Below are positions 44,611-54,832 of a stretch of DNA of 64,000 nt, piece by piece; the stretch's first letter is position 1; each line of letters opens with the position of its first letter. The notes beneath the pieces were generated by a model. That model ran no database searches. It saw only the letters and a list, made by a program, of their open reading frames with translations, and was not told where the DNA came from. This stretch comes from a virus (lineage: Duplodnaviria; Caudoviricetes): IMG/VR virus record IMGVR_UViG_3300025913_000019, one strand, 5' to 3'. The position numbers and the translations under genes were made by a program.

Positions 44611-45672
44611 GTGAAAAATCAGGCATCTGTGACCGTCTCTGAAGGAGACTACGTAATCGGCAAAATCAGGACCGCGGAGTCGCATGTCCTGGTTTTTGGC
44701 AAGGTCGATGAACTGGCCAAGGGCTATGTCGTCGGCACGGTCGAGAAGAACCGCCACATCAAGCAGCTCCGCAAGGGCTTCGAGGTCGTGAACAAGGACA
44801 TCGTTCTGAACCTGGGGCCGAAGCCCTACGGCGGCACGATCCTGAAGTTCGACACGAGCCACATCTACACGGGCCGGAAGATCACCCACGACTTCTTCGG
44901 CGCCATCCACTTCTTCTACGCGATCCAGACCGAGGTCGGCAAGACGCTGATGAAAGCGTTCGACAAAGCCGCCGAGATCCTGCGCAAGGCAGGGCTCCCC
45001 GAACCCGTGAACACGGTGTGGGAGGTCAACCCGAAGGAAGCGAAGCCGACGAAATACGCCGGCTACTACAAGCACAGTCGCACGCCGGCCAAGAAGCCGC
45101 ACACCCTGGCGATCAAGCCGGAGGCCGTCCCCATGACGGTCAGCGACTACCTGTACGTGATCCTCCACGAGTACGCGCACTACCTCCACTACAACCACCT
45201 GCGGAATCCCAAGGTCAATGCCGCCTGGATCAAGCTCTTCAACACCTCGATCAAGCCGCAGACCATCGACCGCGAGGCCTCGAAGAAGCTGCTCAAGCAG
45301 CTGATCGACGGCGAGGAGCGTCCTTCCGACCTCAAGGGCCAGCTCGACGAGGCGGACCGCAACGCCTGGAACTGGATCATGCGGACCATCAAGCAGGATC
45401 ACGCGGTCGGTATCAAGGAACTCGACTTCCTGTTCGAGGCCGAGCAGAAGCCCGAGATCGAAGCCCTGTGGCCGCGCCGCACGCTCATGAAGAAGGAGCT
45501 GGCTCCCGTCATCAGCGAGTACGCTACGACGAACTACCGCGAGACCTGGGCCGAGGCCTTCAGCTTCCACTTCACGAAGCGCAAGCTGCCCGCCGTCGTC
45601 ACGACCCTGCTCGAGAAGACGCTGCGCAAGGTCGAGGCTTTGGAAGAAGCGGCCGAGGAGTCCGAGGAATGA
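44611..45672 (+). CDS. Zincin-like metallopeptidase
   Basis: VILHEYAHYLH plus downstream EYATTNYRETWAEAF; GTG start after GAGGT. Confidence 0.7.
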   Translation: MKNQASVTVSEGDYVIGKIRTAESHVLVFGKVDELAKGYVVGTVEKNRHIKQLRKGFEVVNKDIVLNLGPKPYGGTILKFDTSHIYTGRKITHDFFGAIHFFYAIQTEVGKTLMKAFDKAAEILRKAGLPEPVNTVWEVNPKEAKPTKYAGYYKHSRTPAKKPHTLAIKPEAVPMTVSDYLYVILHEYAHYLHYNHLRNPKVNAAWIKLFNTSIKPQTIDREASKKLLKQLIDGEERPSDLKGQLDEADRNAWNWIMRTIKQDHAVGIKELDFLFEAEQKPEIEALWPRRTLMKKELAPVISEYATTNYRETWAEAFSFHFTKRKLPAVVTTLLEKTLRKVEALEEAAEESEE

Positions 45673-46028
45673 GCGCGCAGCGTCCGTTCGGCTACCTGTA
45701 CGAGAACGTCGGCGGCGCCATTGTCTTCCATCGGGAGGGTAGCTGCAACAGGGACGTTCTGAATGCGGACATGGAAGCCGCCGCCATGTACCCGAAGGGA
45801 CATGTGCTGACGCCTCTGTTCACGCAACCAGTGGTCACACCGGAAGAAGAAGAGCTGCTGCTCGCCACCGGTCGTCTCTGGAACGACTTCTGCCAGCTGC
45901 CTGACAGCGCGGCATCTGACACCGACGACTTCTACCGAGCTGTCCACGAACTGCAGCGCATCATCGCACTTCGTGGCATGCGACGTGCCGTGCCTGCCCT
46001 CTTCACCCAGCACAAGGATCGGACATGA
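45669..46028 (+). CDS. Hypothetical protein
   Basis: ATGA overlap. Confidence 0.65.
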   Translation: MSAQRPFGYLYENVGGAIVFHREGSCNRDVLNADMEAAAMYPKGHVLTPLFTQPVVTPEEEELLLATGRLWNDFCQLPDSAASDTDDFYRAVHELQRIIALRGMRRAVPALFTQHKDRT

Positions 46029-46456
46029 AGACCATCATCTACGACATCGACGGCTGCTGCATCGACTCGACGTTCCGCCACGAGCACGTGCAGGTCGACT
46101 TCAAGCGCTATCTGGAACTGCACCCGACTGACAAGCCGATCATGCAAGGCGTGCTCGTCTACACGCTGCTGCTCGAGCTCCAGGACTTCCGGCACGTCTT
46201 CATCACCGGCCGCGGCGAGGAAGAGCGTGATTCCACGACCGCGATCCTCGAGCGCCTCTTCCACGGCAAGACCTTCGAGCTGCTGATGCGGCCGGCCGAT
46301 GATCGACGGCCTGACGTCGAGATCAAGGGCGAGCTCATGCAGCAGAACGGCATCTGGCCCAAGGACGTGTTCCTGGCCTTCGATGATCGTCCGGTCATGG
46401 TCGAGTTCTACCGGAGCCTCGGCATCGTCGCCTACCAAACCGCGGAGGGTTACTGA
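46025..46456 (+). CDS. HAD phosphatase (polynucleotide kinase 3'-phosphatase-like)
   Basis: IYDIDG, FITGR, LLMRPADDRRPD..K, AFDDR. Confidence 0.85.
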   Translation: MKTIIYDIDGCCIDSTFRHEHVQVDFKRYLELHPTDKPIMQGVLVYTLLLELQDFRHVFITGRGEEERDSTTAILERLFHGKTFELLMRPADDRRPDVEIKGELMQQNGIWPKDVFLAFDDRPVMVEFYRSLGIVAYQTAEGY

Positions 46457-46457
46457 C

Positions 46458-46685
46458 ATGAAGCTGCCTCAAGACCCGGCTCGCAGGTTCCTGCTGGCCG
46501 CACTCGTCGCCTACATGCTCTTCGTCGTTGGCTGGCTGTGCTTCTACGCCGGCCCTGACCTCAAGCTGCCGCCGCACCTCTTCATGTGGCAAGTGATCGG
46601 CCTCATCGTCGTCCTCGTCATCTACGTGCTGCTGATCTGGCGCGAGGTCGTGGCGGATCGCAAGGAGCGCGAGGGCGATGCCTGA
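46458..46685 (+). CDS. Small two-TM protein
   Basis: Hydrophobic helices. Confidence 0.65.
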   Translation: MKLPQDPARRFLLAALVAYMLFVVGWLCFYAGPDLKLPPHLFMWQVIGLIVVLVIYVLLIWREVVADRKEREGDA

Positions 46686-46726
46686 CGTGACCCTCATTTT
46701 GATCCTCCACTGAAGGAGAGTGACCG

Positions 46727-47146
46727 ATGATGAAACTCGACAAGCTGGTTCGTCTCAGCGAACGGATGCGCCGGCTCAACAGCCGCCTGGTCAAGGTCGT
46801 CGGCTACAAGACCGGCACCGGCAAGGACGGCATCCCGACCGCGGTGGCGCGCACCTACACGCCCCTCGAGTACAGCCTCGGCGGCCGCCGCATCATGCGT
46901 GCTCGGGACAAGAACAAGTACACGTCGTCGATCAAGTTTCTCGACCGCGGACTCCACGTCCGTGTCTCGTGCTCGTGTCCCGACTACATGTACCGGTGGG
47001 AGTACGCCAACAACCTGGTCGGTGCCTCGCACATCATCTACGGCAACGGTGAGGCGCCGGACGAGACCAACCCGCAGTACAGGCCCGGTCTTTGCAAGCA
47101 CCTGCTTGCGCTCCGGACCTTGGTGAAGGAGCAGCACGGGATATGA
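46727..47146 (+). CDS. SWIM zinc-finger protein
   Basis: VSCSCPDY..GLCKHLLAL. Confidence 0.8.
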   Translation: MMKLDKLVRLSERMRRLNSRLVKVVGYKTGTGKDGIPTAVARTYTPLEYSLGGRRIMRARDKNKYTSSIKFLDRGLHVRVSCSCPDYMYRWEYANNLVGASHIIYGNGEAPDETNPQYRPGLCKHLLALRTLVKEQHGI

Positions 47147-48093
47147 CGAGCAACTACACCCACAGCGCTACGTTCGCGTCGCTGAAGGGCATCAAGGAAG
47201 AGCTGACCGAGAACTACACGACGTTCCAGCTGCTGACGACCCTCGACTACTTCATCGAGAACGCGATCGATCCGATCATCAGCGCCCATCCGGACCTGAC
47301 CGACGTGTACTTCTCCAAGGTCATCGCCTACCAGTTCGACAACCCGAACGTGAAGTGCAGCCGCAATGAGAAGGCGTCGCTGCCGCAACTTCTGTTCAAC
47401 GCGGTGACGACGCAGGGACGACGCAAGCGGGAGTTCCAGCGCAAGATGCTGCTCAACCGCGGGCTGCTCTTCGGACTCGTCTCGGTCTTCCTCAAGACTG
47501 TAAATACGTATCGGAAGTTGCACAGCCCGCACGTGAAGTTGCGTCGGGCTCAGCGACTGGTACTTCGTCAGCTTGCCGAGGAGCGGACGGGCTCGTCCCA
47601 CATCTTCCCTGCGATCCTGCAGGTGGAGTTCTGGATTCAGCACGCCTACCACTTCAAGGAACTGATCGTCCAGAAGTACACGCGCCTGGCGTCGAACCAG
47701 GCGCGCAAGACATACATGGACGTCAACTGCGACAAGAGCCTGGACGACATCATCCAGGTGTACATGGTCTTCCTCGCCAAAGCGATCGACCGATGCGACA
47801 GTCGGCAGGGCGTGCTGACGGAGTACATCAAGTACTGGTTCTACTCGGCGAAGTCCGAGATCATGAAGGAGGTAGCCAAGGACGGGCTCAACACGAGTTA
47901 CGATCAGCTGCTCGAATCGGGCATCGACTCGCAGTCGGTTGATCCTGACACCCAGTTCGAGGCGGCGCAGCACATCTGTGCGACCGCCAAGGGACTCGAT
48001 CCAACGGGAGCGTATCGGTTTGCGCTCCACATCCCCGAGCACTACAGCAACGCGGATCTCCGCAAGCTGCAACTTTTCACCACAACCAACTGA
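47143..48093 (+). CDS. Divergent sigma70-like transcription factor
   Basis: DDIIQVYMVFLAKAIDRCDSRQGVLTEYIKYWFYSA aligns with region 2 DLIQEG..L.KAVDKF..RG..FSTYA.WWIRQA. Confidence 0.55.
   Translation: MTSNYTHSATFASLKGIKEELTENYTTFQLLTTLDYFIENAIDPIISAHPDLTDVYFSKVIAYQFDNPNVKCSRNEKASLPQLLFNAVTTQGRRKREFQRKMLLNRGLLFGLVSVFLKTVNTYRKLHSPHVKLRRAQRLVLRQLAEERTGSSHIFPAILQVEFWIQHAYHFKELIVQKYTRLASNQARKTYMDVNCDKSLDDIIQVYMVFLAKAIDRCDSRQGVLTEYIKYWFYSAKSEIMKEVAKDGLNTSYDQLLESGIDSQSVDPDTQFEAAQHICATAKGLDPTGAYRFALHIPEHYSNADLRKLQLFTTTN
47497..47505 (+). promoter_or_regulatory. Internal candidate promoter ACTGTAAAT
   Basis: Formed by rare ACT GTA AAT codons upstream of SSB/UvsX. Confidence 0.45.
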
Positions 48094-48101
48094 GAGAACA
48101 C

Positions 48102-49682
48102 ATGGATCTCGACGACGCAAAAACAAGCCGCGGTGGCGACCGCGTTCCCGGCATGGCCGACCTCGTGGAGGTCTTCAAGTTCCCGCCGAAGAAGTGGGCG
48201 CCGGTTCGTCTGCTGAAGGGCATCGTCTCGACCGCGGGCTACTGGGTCAAGACCACGTCGAAGGACGGGAAGAAGACGGCGTTCTACACGGTGTGCCCGA
48301 GCTACGATCCGGCGACGCAGGAGCGCGACTCCACGAAGTTCGACCCGTGGCGCGACCTCCAGTCGGCCGAGCAGGCCAAGCTCGAAGCCGACGGGGTGGA
48401 CAAGGCCAAGTGGCGCGACAAGATGCATGTCCAGTACTCGCAGTACTACTGGATCAACGCCATCATCCGCGCGCTGCAGAAGGCCGAGCCGGCGTCGCTG
48501 CCGAAGCACACGAAGAAGGAAGCCAAGTCGGGCTTCAAGGAGAAGGAGAGCGACAGCTGGACGCCGGTGCGTGTGCTCCGCGTCAGCCGCTCGCTGGCCG
48601 AGAAGATCAAGAAGCTCAAGGGCCTCAACATCGTCGAGTCGAGCTCCGGCGCCTCGAAAGCGTTCCCGCTCGATGACCCGAAATTCGGCCGCGATCTCCG
48701 CATCCAGCACGACCCCGACGTGTCGCCGTCCGAGCAGTACAGCCTCTCGATGGGCGACAAGCGCACGAAGCTGACCGAGGAAGAGCTGGCCTACCTGACG
48801 TGGGACCTGGAAGGCGCGGCCGAGAAGTGCTCGGTGACGTCGAGCGAGGACGAAGTCCTGCGCGACTACGAGTCCTGGGCCAAGCGCAACGGCATCAAGA
48901 CCAAGATCAAGTCGAAGAAGGCGAAGGCCAAGGACGACGACGAGGACGAAGACGCCGACGACTCGGATGATGACGAGGACGACGAAGACGAGAAGCCAAA
49001 GTCGAAGTCGAAGAAGGCCGCGGCCGCGAAGTCCAAGTCGAAGAAGACCGACGACGAGGACGATGAAGACGACTCGGACGACGGCGAGGATGATGACCTC
49101 GACGAGGACGACGAGGACGAGAAGCCCAAGGGCAAGAAGGCAGCTGCGAAGAAGGCGCCGGCCAAGAAGAAGGCCAAGTCGGACGACGACGAGGACGACG
49201 ACTTCGATGATGAAGACGACGACGGCGATGACGACGAGGACGAGGACGAGAAGCCCAAGTCGAAGTCGAAGAAGGCGTCGCCGGCCAAGGGCAAGGCCAA
49301 GAAGAAGTCGGACGACGAAGACGACCTCGATGAAGACGACGAGGACTCCGATTCGGACGACGACGAGGACTCGGACGACTTCGATGACGACGAGGACGAG
49401 AAGCCCAAGTCGAAGAAGGGTGCCAAGGCCAAGCCGGCTGCGAAGAAGGCGCCGGCCAAGAAGAAGGCCAAGGACGAGGACGAAGACGACGACTTCGATG
49501 ATGAAGACGAAGACGACGACTCGGATTCGGACGACGACGAGGACGACGAGGACGAGAAGCCCAAGTCGAAGTCGAAGAAGCCTGCTGCGAAGAAGGCACC
49601 GGCGAAGAAGACGGCGGCCAAGGGCAAGAAGAAGCCCGCCGACGACGAAGACGAAGACGAAGACGACTTCGACGACGAGTAA
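48102..49682 (+). CDS. Single-stranded DNA-binding-like protein with very long D/E and K/A block tail
   Basis: About 240-aa folded N-terminus (YYWINAII..VRVLRV..KIKKL..FGRDLRI), acidic end, adjacent to UvsX. Confidence 0.6.
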   Translation: MDLDDAKTSRGGDRVPGMADLVEVFKFPPKKWAPVRLLKGIVSTAGYWVKTTSKDGKKTAFYTVCPSYDPATQERDSTKFDPWRDLQSAEQAKLEADGVDKAKWRDKMHVQYSQYYWINAIIRALQKAEPASLPKHTKKEAKSGFKEKESDSWTPVRVLRVSRSLAEKIKKLKGLNIVESSSGASKAFPLDDPKFGRDLRIQHDPDVSPSEQYSLSMGDKRTKLTEEELAYLTWDLEGAAEKCSVTSSEDEVLRDYESWAKRNGIKTKIKSKKAKAKDDDEDEDADDSDDDEDDEDEKPKSKSKKAAAAKSKSKKTDDEDDEDDSDDGEDDDLDEDDEDEKPKGKKAAAKKAPAKKKAKSDDDEDDDFDDEDDDGDDDEDEDEKPKSKSKKASPAKGKAKKKSDDEDDLDEDDEDSDSDDDEDSDDFDDDEDEKPKSKKGAKAKPAAKKAPAKKKAKDEDEDDDFDDEDEDDDSDSDDDEDDEDEKPKSKSKKPAAKKAPAKKTAAKGKKKPADDEDEDEDDFDDE

Positions 49683-49700
49683 CCGTCACCCGTGAGCGCC

Positions 49701-49735
49701 AAGGGCCCGCTGGATTCTGGTCCAGCGGGCCCTTT
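49701..49735 (+). terminator. Intrinsic terminator
   Basis: AAGGGCCCGCTGGA/TCCAGCGGGCCCTTT. Confidence 0.7.
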
Positions 49736-49760
49736 CCATTTCAGACTCTCAAGGATAGCA

Positions 49761-51353
49761 ATGGCTACCAAGACTCCCACGAAGCCAGTGAAAAAGGCGG
49801 CTGCGAAGCCTGCGGTCAAGAAGCCGAGCCCGAAGGCGCGTGCTGCCGCGAAGGAAGAAGCCACGAAGGCGATCGCCAAGGCGAAAGCGAAGCCGGTCAA
49901 GAAGGCGCAGGTCGAGGCCGACGAGCCGCCGCAGCGCAAGAAGAAGGGTGTGGTCGGCCTCGACCTCATCTCCATGTACAGCGAGACCATGGACGTGATC
50001 GCGAAGCGGCAAGGCTTCGAGTCCTCCAGCCTGGAAGCAAGCCCGCCCATGAGCACGGGCCTGCTGACGGTCGACATGCTGCTGGGCGGCGGTGCGCGTC
50101 CGTGTATGCTGACCGGCGCGGGCAACGAGCAATGCGCGAAGACGACCCTGGCGCTGGTCGCCATGGCGAACTCGATCAAAGAGCAGATCCCGGTCATCGC
50201 CTTCATCGACTACGAGGGCTCGACCAAGAACTCGAAGCCTTACGTGGCATCGATCCTCAAGACCTGCGGCATCAACATGTCGGTCGACCAGCTCTTCGGG
50301 AAGAAGGACAAGAAGACCGGCAAGTGGATCACGCCGCCGCGCGTCCGGTACCGCTCCGAGACCATCCTGGAGAAGTTCTACGACTGGATGTCGGAGATCC
50401 TTCGCGACCTGCCGGACAAGCGCTTCGTCGAGAACGAGTGGTGGCTCATCTTCGAGGACAACAAGAAGAAGGGCATGCGTGCCAAGCTCGGCGACAACAT
50501 CGACCAGGGCATGACCCGCAAGTACGGCAACGGCCTGTGGGTCAAGGCCGACGACGGCAAGATGCAGGGCATCGTCTTCGTCGACTCGTACACGGCGATG
50601 CAGCCGAAGATCAAGGACGAGGAAGAGATCGGCAACCAGTTCTCGGTCAAGGCCTCGGCGTTCTCGAAGCAGCTCGAGCGCATCAAGGGCCGCATGGCCG
50701 AGAAGATGGTCATGGTGTGGGGCCTGAACCACCTGCGCCAGAACCCCGGCCAGATGTACGGCCCGAAGGAAACCGAGAAGGGCGGCGAAGCCCTGAAGCA
50801 GTTCTCCGATGTCCGCATCCGCCAGACCTCCAGGTCCGACTCCGCGCATCCGTTCAAGGCCGGCATGGTCACGAACAAGAAGTTCAAGGAAGTCGAAGCC
50901 TCGGTCGAGCACAAGGGCACGCAGGACAAGTACCGCCTGGTCCACCTGAAGACGGTGAAGAACAAGCTCTGGACTCCGGAGCGCGAGACCTTCATCCGCA
51001 TTTGGGTCGAGGACGGCGCCGGCGAAGCTCGTGGCATCGACCCGGTCTTCGACACGCTGCTGTTCCTGAAGGAGACCGGCCAGATCAGCGGCAGCCGCAA
51101 GGCCTTCAAGCTGAACTTCGGCGATCAGGGCGTTTCCAAGCCCATCACGTGGCAGGACCTGAAGCTGTGGATTCTCGGCTCCAAGGAAGAGATGGTCGCC
51201 ATGTCGAAGAAGGCTGGCTACAAGCCGATGAACCTGCGCTCCCTCTGCTTCAAGCAGATCAAGAGCGGCGTTGCCGAGGACAAGTATGTCGAGGCCATGA
51301 ACGGCAAGGCCAGCGGTGGCGAGGACGAAGACGACGAGGACAGCGAGGACTGA
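49761..51353 (+). CDS. uvsX: RecA/UvsX-like recombinase
   Basis: MSTGLLTVDMLLGGG, GNEQCAKTT, IVFVDS, LNHLR, KGGEALKQFSDVRI, GID. Confidence 0.9.
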   Translation: MATKTPTKPVKKAAAKPAVKKPSPKARAAAKEEATKAIAKAKAKPVKKAQVEADEPPQRKKKGVVGLDLISMYSETMDVIAKRQGFESSSLEASPPMSTGLLTVDMLLGGGARPCMLTGAGNEQCAKTTLALVAMANSIKEQIPVIAFIDYEGSTKNSKPYVASILKTCGINMSVDQLFGKKDKKTGKWITPPRVRYRSETILEKFYDWMSEILRDLPDKRFVENEWWLIFEDNKKKGMRAKLGDNIDQGMTRKYGNGLWVKADDGKMQGIVFVDSYTAMQPKIKDEEEIGNQFSVKASAFSKQLERIKGRMAEKMVMVWGLNHLRQNPGQMYGPKETEKGGEALKQFSDVRIRQTSRSDSAHPFKAGMVTNKKFKEVEASVEHKGTQDKYRLVHLKTVKNKLWTPERETFIRIWVEDGAGEARGIDPVFDTLLFLKETGQISGSRKAFKLNFGDQGVSKPITWQDLKLWILGSKEEMVAMSKKAGYKPMNLRSLCFKQIKSGVAEDKYVEAMNGKASGGEDEDDEDSED

Positions 51354-51354
51354 C

Positions 51355-52023
51355 ATGATCGAGACTCTAGTTGGTGCCAGTCAGGCCCAGCTGGATCATG
51401 AGGACGCCCTCACCCGAGGGCTCCTCACGGTCGCGTACTCTGATCCCGCGGCACCCAAGGCTGAGAAGCCGAAGGTCAGCCGCTTCGGGACACGTCAGAG
51501 TCGCTTCTGGTTCCGGCTGGAGACACTGACCGAAGAAACGAACCGCCGCAAGGCGCAGTTCAAGCCGAAGGAGCTCGAGCACATCGACTCCGCGGTCGTC
51601 GCTCGCCTCAGGTCCTTCACGAAGGAGATCCCACTCGACCTCAAGACCCGAATCGAGCAGGTACGCGAGTTCTTCCTCAAGGAGTTGTCGCCGCTGACCA
51701 TGGCGTCGTCGGGCGGCGCACTGCAGGCCAAGGAGGTTGCCGAGCGCATGTTCAAGACCGAGGTTGACCCGGCCTTGTTCTCGCGCTTCGACAACATGGT
51801 CAATCGCGCCGCAACCATCAAGGTTGCCCTGTTCGTCAAGTCCTATTTTGATTTGCCGGACGAGTACATCTCGTCGCTGCTCGGACCACAGCAGCACAAT
51901 CCTGACTCGGACTTCCAGAAGCTGCAAGCGATGATGAAGCAGCTCGTCGAATCGCAGACCGAGCATGGACGGCAACTCAAGAAGGTGGCAACCAATGTCT
52001 CACAACGAAAACCTCGACCGTAA
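51355..52023 (+). CDS. Hypothetical protein
   Basis: TGACATG junction. Confidence 0.7.
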   Translation: MIETLVGASQAQLDHEDALTRGLLTVAYSDPAAPKAEKPKVSRFGTRQSRFWFRLETLTEETNRRKAQFKPKELEHIDSAVVARLRSFTKEIPLDLKTRIEQVREFFLKELSPLTMASSGGALQAKEVAERMFKTEVDPALFSRFDNMVNRAATIKVALFVKSYFDLPDEYISSLLGPQQHNPDSDFQKLQAMMKQLVESQTEHGRQLKKVATNVSQRKPRP

Positions 52024-54100
52024 GGTCGCAGCCATGTTCCCCGGGCTCATGCCCGGGGGTTACGTTCCGGAGCACGAACCCGCTTCGGAAGACTCGACCA
52101 TCCTGGTGCCGAAGAAGCACTACGATGACGACTTCGACATCGTCAAGCTGATGGCCGAGTCGAAGGACCCGGACACGGGTCTGCTGCGCGATCTGAAGAT
52201 CGACGACCGCGACCTCGCGTCTGCCGGCTCGTACTACGACTACTGCTTCAACATCATCGGCAAGGATGCGCACCCGCCGTGGATCGTGCAGATGTGGATC
52301 GGCCTCATGCTGTTCGCAGAGGTGTGCCCGTGCTGCTCGAACAAGAAGTGGTTGAACCTCGAGTGGTTCGTTGCCAACGTGCCGAAGCAGAAGCCCAGCT
52401 TCGACATCAAAGAAGGTATCGAGATCCTGCATCACGGCAAGTGCCCGAAGTGCAAGCGCAAGAAGTGGGAGCTCATCACCGACCACGGGCTGCACAACTT
52501 CACCGAACTCGTGAACGTGCTGGGTCAGCGCTCGGGCAAGTCGTCCAGTGCTGCATCGTACGCCAGCTACCACACGCATCGGATGCTGAAGTTCCCTCGA
52601 CTCGCCGACTTGACCACGTCGATGCAGAAGTCGACCGAGCTGACGACTACGTTCGTGAGCTTGACCTACGACAAGGCTTTCGCGCTGCTGTGGACGCCGT
52701 ACCGCAACATTATCAACGAGAGCGCGTGGTTCGACCAGTACCACGAGATGCTGGACTACTACGGCAACAAGTACGGCATGGAGCTGTACCGGAAGAAGGA
52801 CGAGTTCATCAAGTACTTCCATCGTGGGCTGAAGATGTACCCCACGAACCCGAAGTCGCAGACCCTTCGCGGTGACACGCGTGTCATGGCGCTGGTTGAC
52901 GAGTTGGGCCTGTTCCCGCTGCCGACCGGCAACGACGAGGAAGATGAGAAGTCGGATCGCGCGAACAGCGACGAAGCCCACAAGTCGCTGACCAACTCGC
53001 TGGTGACCGTGCAGGCGATTCAGAACCGCCTGCTGTCGGAAGGCCTGAACTGCCCGCCGGCATTGATGCTCGGCGTCTCCAGCCCGATCTCGATCCGCGA
53101 CAAGGTCATGCGTCTGCTCGCCGACTCTCGGACCGAGGAAGGCAAGAAGTACATCCTGGGCGTCAACCTGCCGACGTGGCACGTCAACCCCAGCATCGAG
53201 CGTGACACGCCGATCATCGCGCTGGCGTACGCACGCAATGCTGAGAAGGCAGAACGTGACTTCGGCGCCAACCCGCCGCGAGTCCACCAGACGTACATCA
53301 AGCCGGAGCAGGTGCCGCACAAGCTGTTCGCCGGCAAGAACACGCACATCCTGCGCCACCACTACGACCAGCCGGGTCTCGTCTACGGCAAGCTGCAGCA
53401 GGTCTACACGCCCCGATTCCCGTCGGTGGTGTGCCTCGATGCCGGCCACTCGAACAACAGCTTCACGCTGGTGGGTGCGCACTTCGACTTCGTGCGGCAG
53501 AAGACCGTGATCTCGACGATCCTCGAAGTCATGGCACACGACGGTCGCAAGGTCGACTTCAACCTCGTCTACACCAACGTGATCCTGCCGGTCATGAAGG
53601 ACCTGAACGCGGTGGCGTTGATCGCTGACCAGTGGCAGTCGCTCGACATCCTGAGCCGTGCACGTGCCGACATGGGCAAGGCGCTCATCAATGGCAAGGA
53701 GAAGGATCGGTGTCTGACCAAGCAGTACAGCCCGCGCCCGAAGGACTTCGAGTCGCTGGTGTCGATGCTTGAGAACGGCAGCTACGAGCTTCCCTTCCTG
53801 TCGGAAGCGGACTACAAGCACGTGTGCACCGAGTACATCGAGTTCAAGACGCTGCGGGAGCAGCCGACCAAGCATCTGCTGCTGCAGATGCTGACCGTGG
53901 CCGACGGCGGGTTCAACAAGTGCCCGACCAAAGGCCCTGGCTTCACCGACGACATCTTCCGCGCTACGGTGCTGACGACCCTGATCCATTTGCCCGCGGT
54001 TATGGAGCGACTGGTCGAGGCCAACAACAGCTACGTGAAGGAAGCAAAAGCGATGCCCATGCCGGCATTCCTGGGTCGCTCGGCAGTGCATTATCGCTGA
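51995..54100 (+). CDS. terL: Terminase large subunit
   Basis: Walker A GQRSGKS, Walker B ALVDE, motif SSP, nuclease CLDAG..DD; N-terminal CxxC pairs. Confidence 0.85.
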   Translation: MSHNENLDRKVAAMFPGLMPGGYVPEHEPASEDSTILVPKKHYDDDFDIVKLMAESKDPDTGLLRDLKIDDRDLASAGSYYDYCFNIIGKDAHPPWIVQMWIGLMLFAEVCPCCSNKKWLNLEWFVANVPKQKPSFDIKEGIEILHHGKCPKCKRKKWELITDHGLHNFTELVNVLGQRSGKSSSAASYASYHTHRMLKFPRLADLTTSMQKSTELTTTFVSLTYDKAFALLWTPYRNIINESAWFDQYHEMLDYYGNKYGMELYRKKDEFIKYFHRGLKMYPTNPKSQTLRGDTRVMALVDELGLFPLPTGNDEEDEKSDRANSDEAHKSLTNSLVTVQAIQNRLLSEGLNCPPALMLGVSSPISIRDKVMRLLADSRTEEGKKYILGVNLPTWHVNPSIERDTPIIALAYARNAEKAERDFGANPPRVHQTYIKPEQVPHKLFAGKNTHILRHHYDQPGLVYGKLQQVYTPRFPSVVCLDAGHSNNSFTLVGAHFDFVRQKTVISTILEVMAHDGRKVDFNLVYTNVILPVMKDLNAVALIADQWQSLDILSRARADMGKALINGKEKDRCLTKQYSPRPKDFESLVSMLENGSYELPFLSEADYKHVCTEYIEFKTLREQPTKHLLLQMLTVADGGFNKCPTKGPGFTDDIFRATVLTTLIHLPAVMERLVEANNSYVKEAKAMPMPAFLGRSAVHYR

Positions 54101-54118
54101 TGACCAGGTGGTGCTGTC

Positions 54119-54133
54119 GCAATTTTATGCCAA
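54119..54133 (+). promoter_or_regulatory. Candidate late-promoter motif CAATTTTATG.CAA
   Basis: Second copy at 59535-59549; both intergenic. Confidence 0.4.
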
Positions 54134-54157
54134 TACAGAGACTGAGGCAGCACCACC

Positions 54158-54817
54158 ATGGTACGCAAGAGCAAGAAGCCGCCCAAACCCAACACACCAT
54201 ACACGCTGCCGAAACACCTCGGCGGTGATCCCGAGAAGCTGGTCCTGGCGATGGACCCGGGGTCGCGCAATTTCGGAATCGCACTCGTCGGACTCGAGAA
54301 CGGACAGCCCAGGTGCTACCTGAACTCGGTGATGATGCGGCCGGTCAATGACCTGGTCGCCTTCGCTCGAACTCGGAAGAACTTCTTGATCGAGGTCGCG
54401 GCGTGGATGAAGTATCAGCCCGGTGGCGTAGTCGCTGAGCGGTTTCAGACCCGCGGCGGCTCCAGCATGGGCCCGCTGATCGAACAGGTCTCGGCCATGC
54501 TCGGCCTCATCGCAGGTTCGTACCCGAACGTCCCGATCAAGCTGACCATCGCGTCCGTGTGGAAGAACTCGATGCAGCGTCGCTTCGCCGACGAGTATCG
54601 CGGCCACGTGGACTACGCGAATGACGAGGGCGAGTTCGATCTGCGCGCTGTCTACAAGCGCATCAAGGTCGAGCCGCATCAACTCGACGCCAGCCTCATC
54701 GGCATCTACGGCCTCGAGCAAGGTCTCAACATCGTGATCGACTTCGACTTCGAGGACTGGGTGTCTCAAGTCGAGGCGAGCTCTCGCATTCCGCTGCGCA
54801 AGAGGCGCGGCACCTGA
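54158..54817 (+). CDS. ruvC: RuvC-like Holliday junction resolvase/RNase H-fold nuclease
   Basis: VLAMDPGSRNFG, VVAERFQ, HQLDA. Confidence 0.75.
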   Translation: MVRKSKKPPKPNTPYTLPKHLGGDPEKLVLAMDPGSRNFGIALVGLENGQPRCYLNSVMMRPVNDLVAFARTRKNFLIEVAAWMKYQPGGVVAERFQTRGGSSMGPLIEQVSAMLGLIAGSYPNVPIKLTIASVWKNSMQRRFADEYRGHVDYANDEGEFDLRAVYKRIKVEPHQLDASLIGIYGLEQGLNIVIDFDFEDWVSQVEASSRIPLRKRRGT

Positions 54818-54832
54818 CATCAAGGAGTCACC

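Noticed and set aside
27572-47505. ACTGTAAA equals the tRNA-Tyr(GUA) anticodon loop
   Set aside because: No flanking anticodon stems or D/T arms at any copy; positions fit promoters
48830-49682. Repetitive GACGACGAG/AAGAAG DNA as a repeat or CRISPR array
   Set aside because: In-frame low-complexity coding sequence; no fixed repeats with unique spacers. No CRISPR array was seen anywhere in the window
49761-54100. Inteins or introns in UvsX or terminase
   Set aside because: No intein C..HN boundaries, LAGLIDADG motifs or frame breaks; the extra terminase N-terminal part is a CxxC-containing domain
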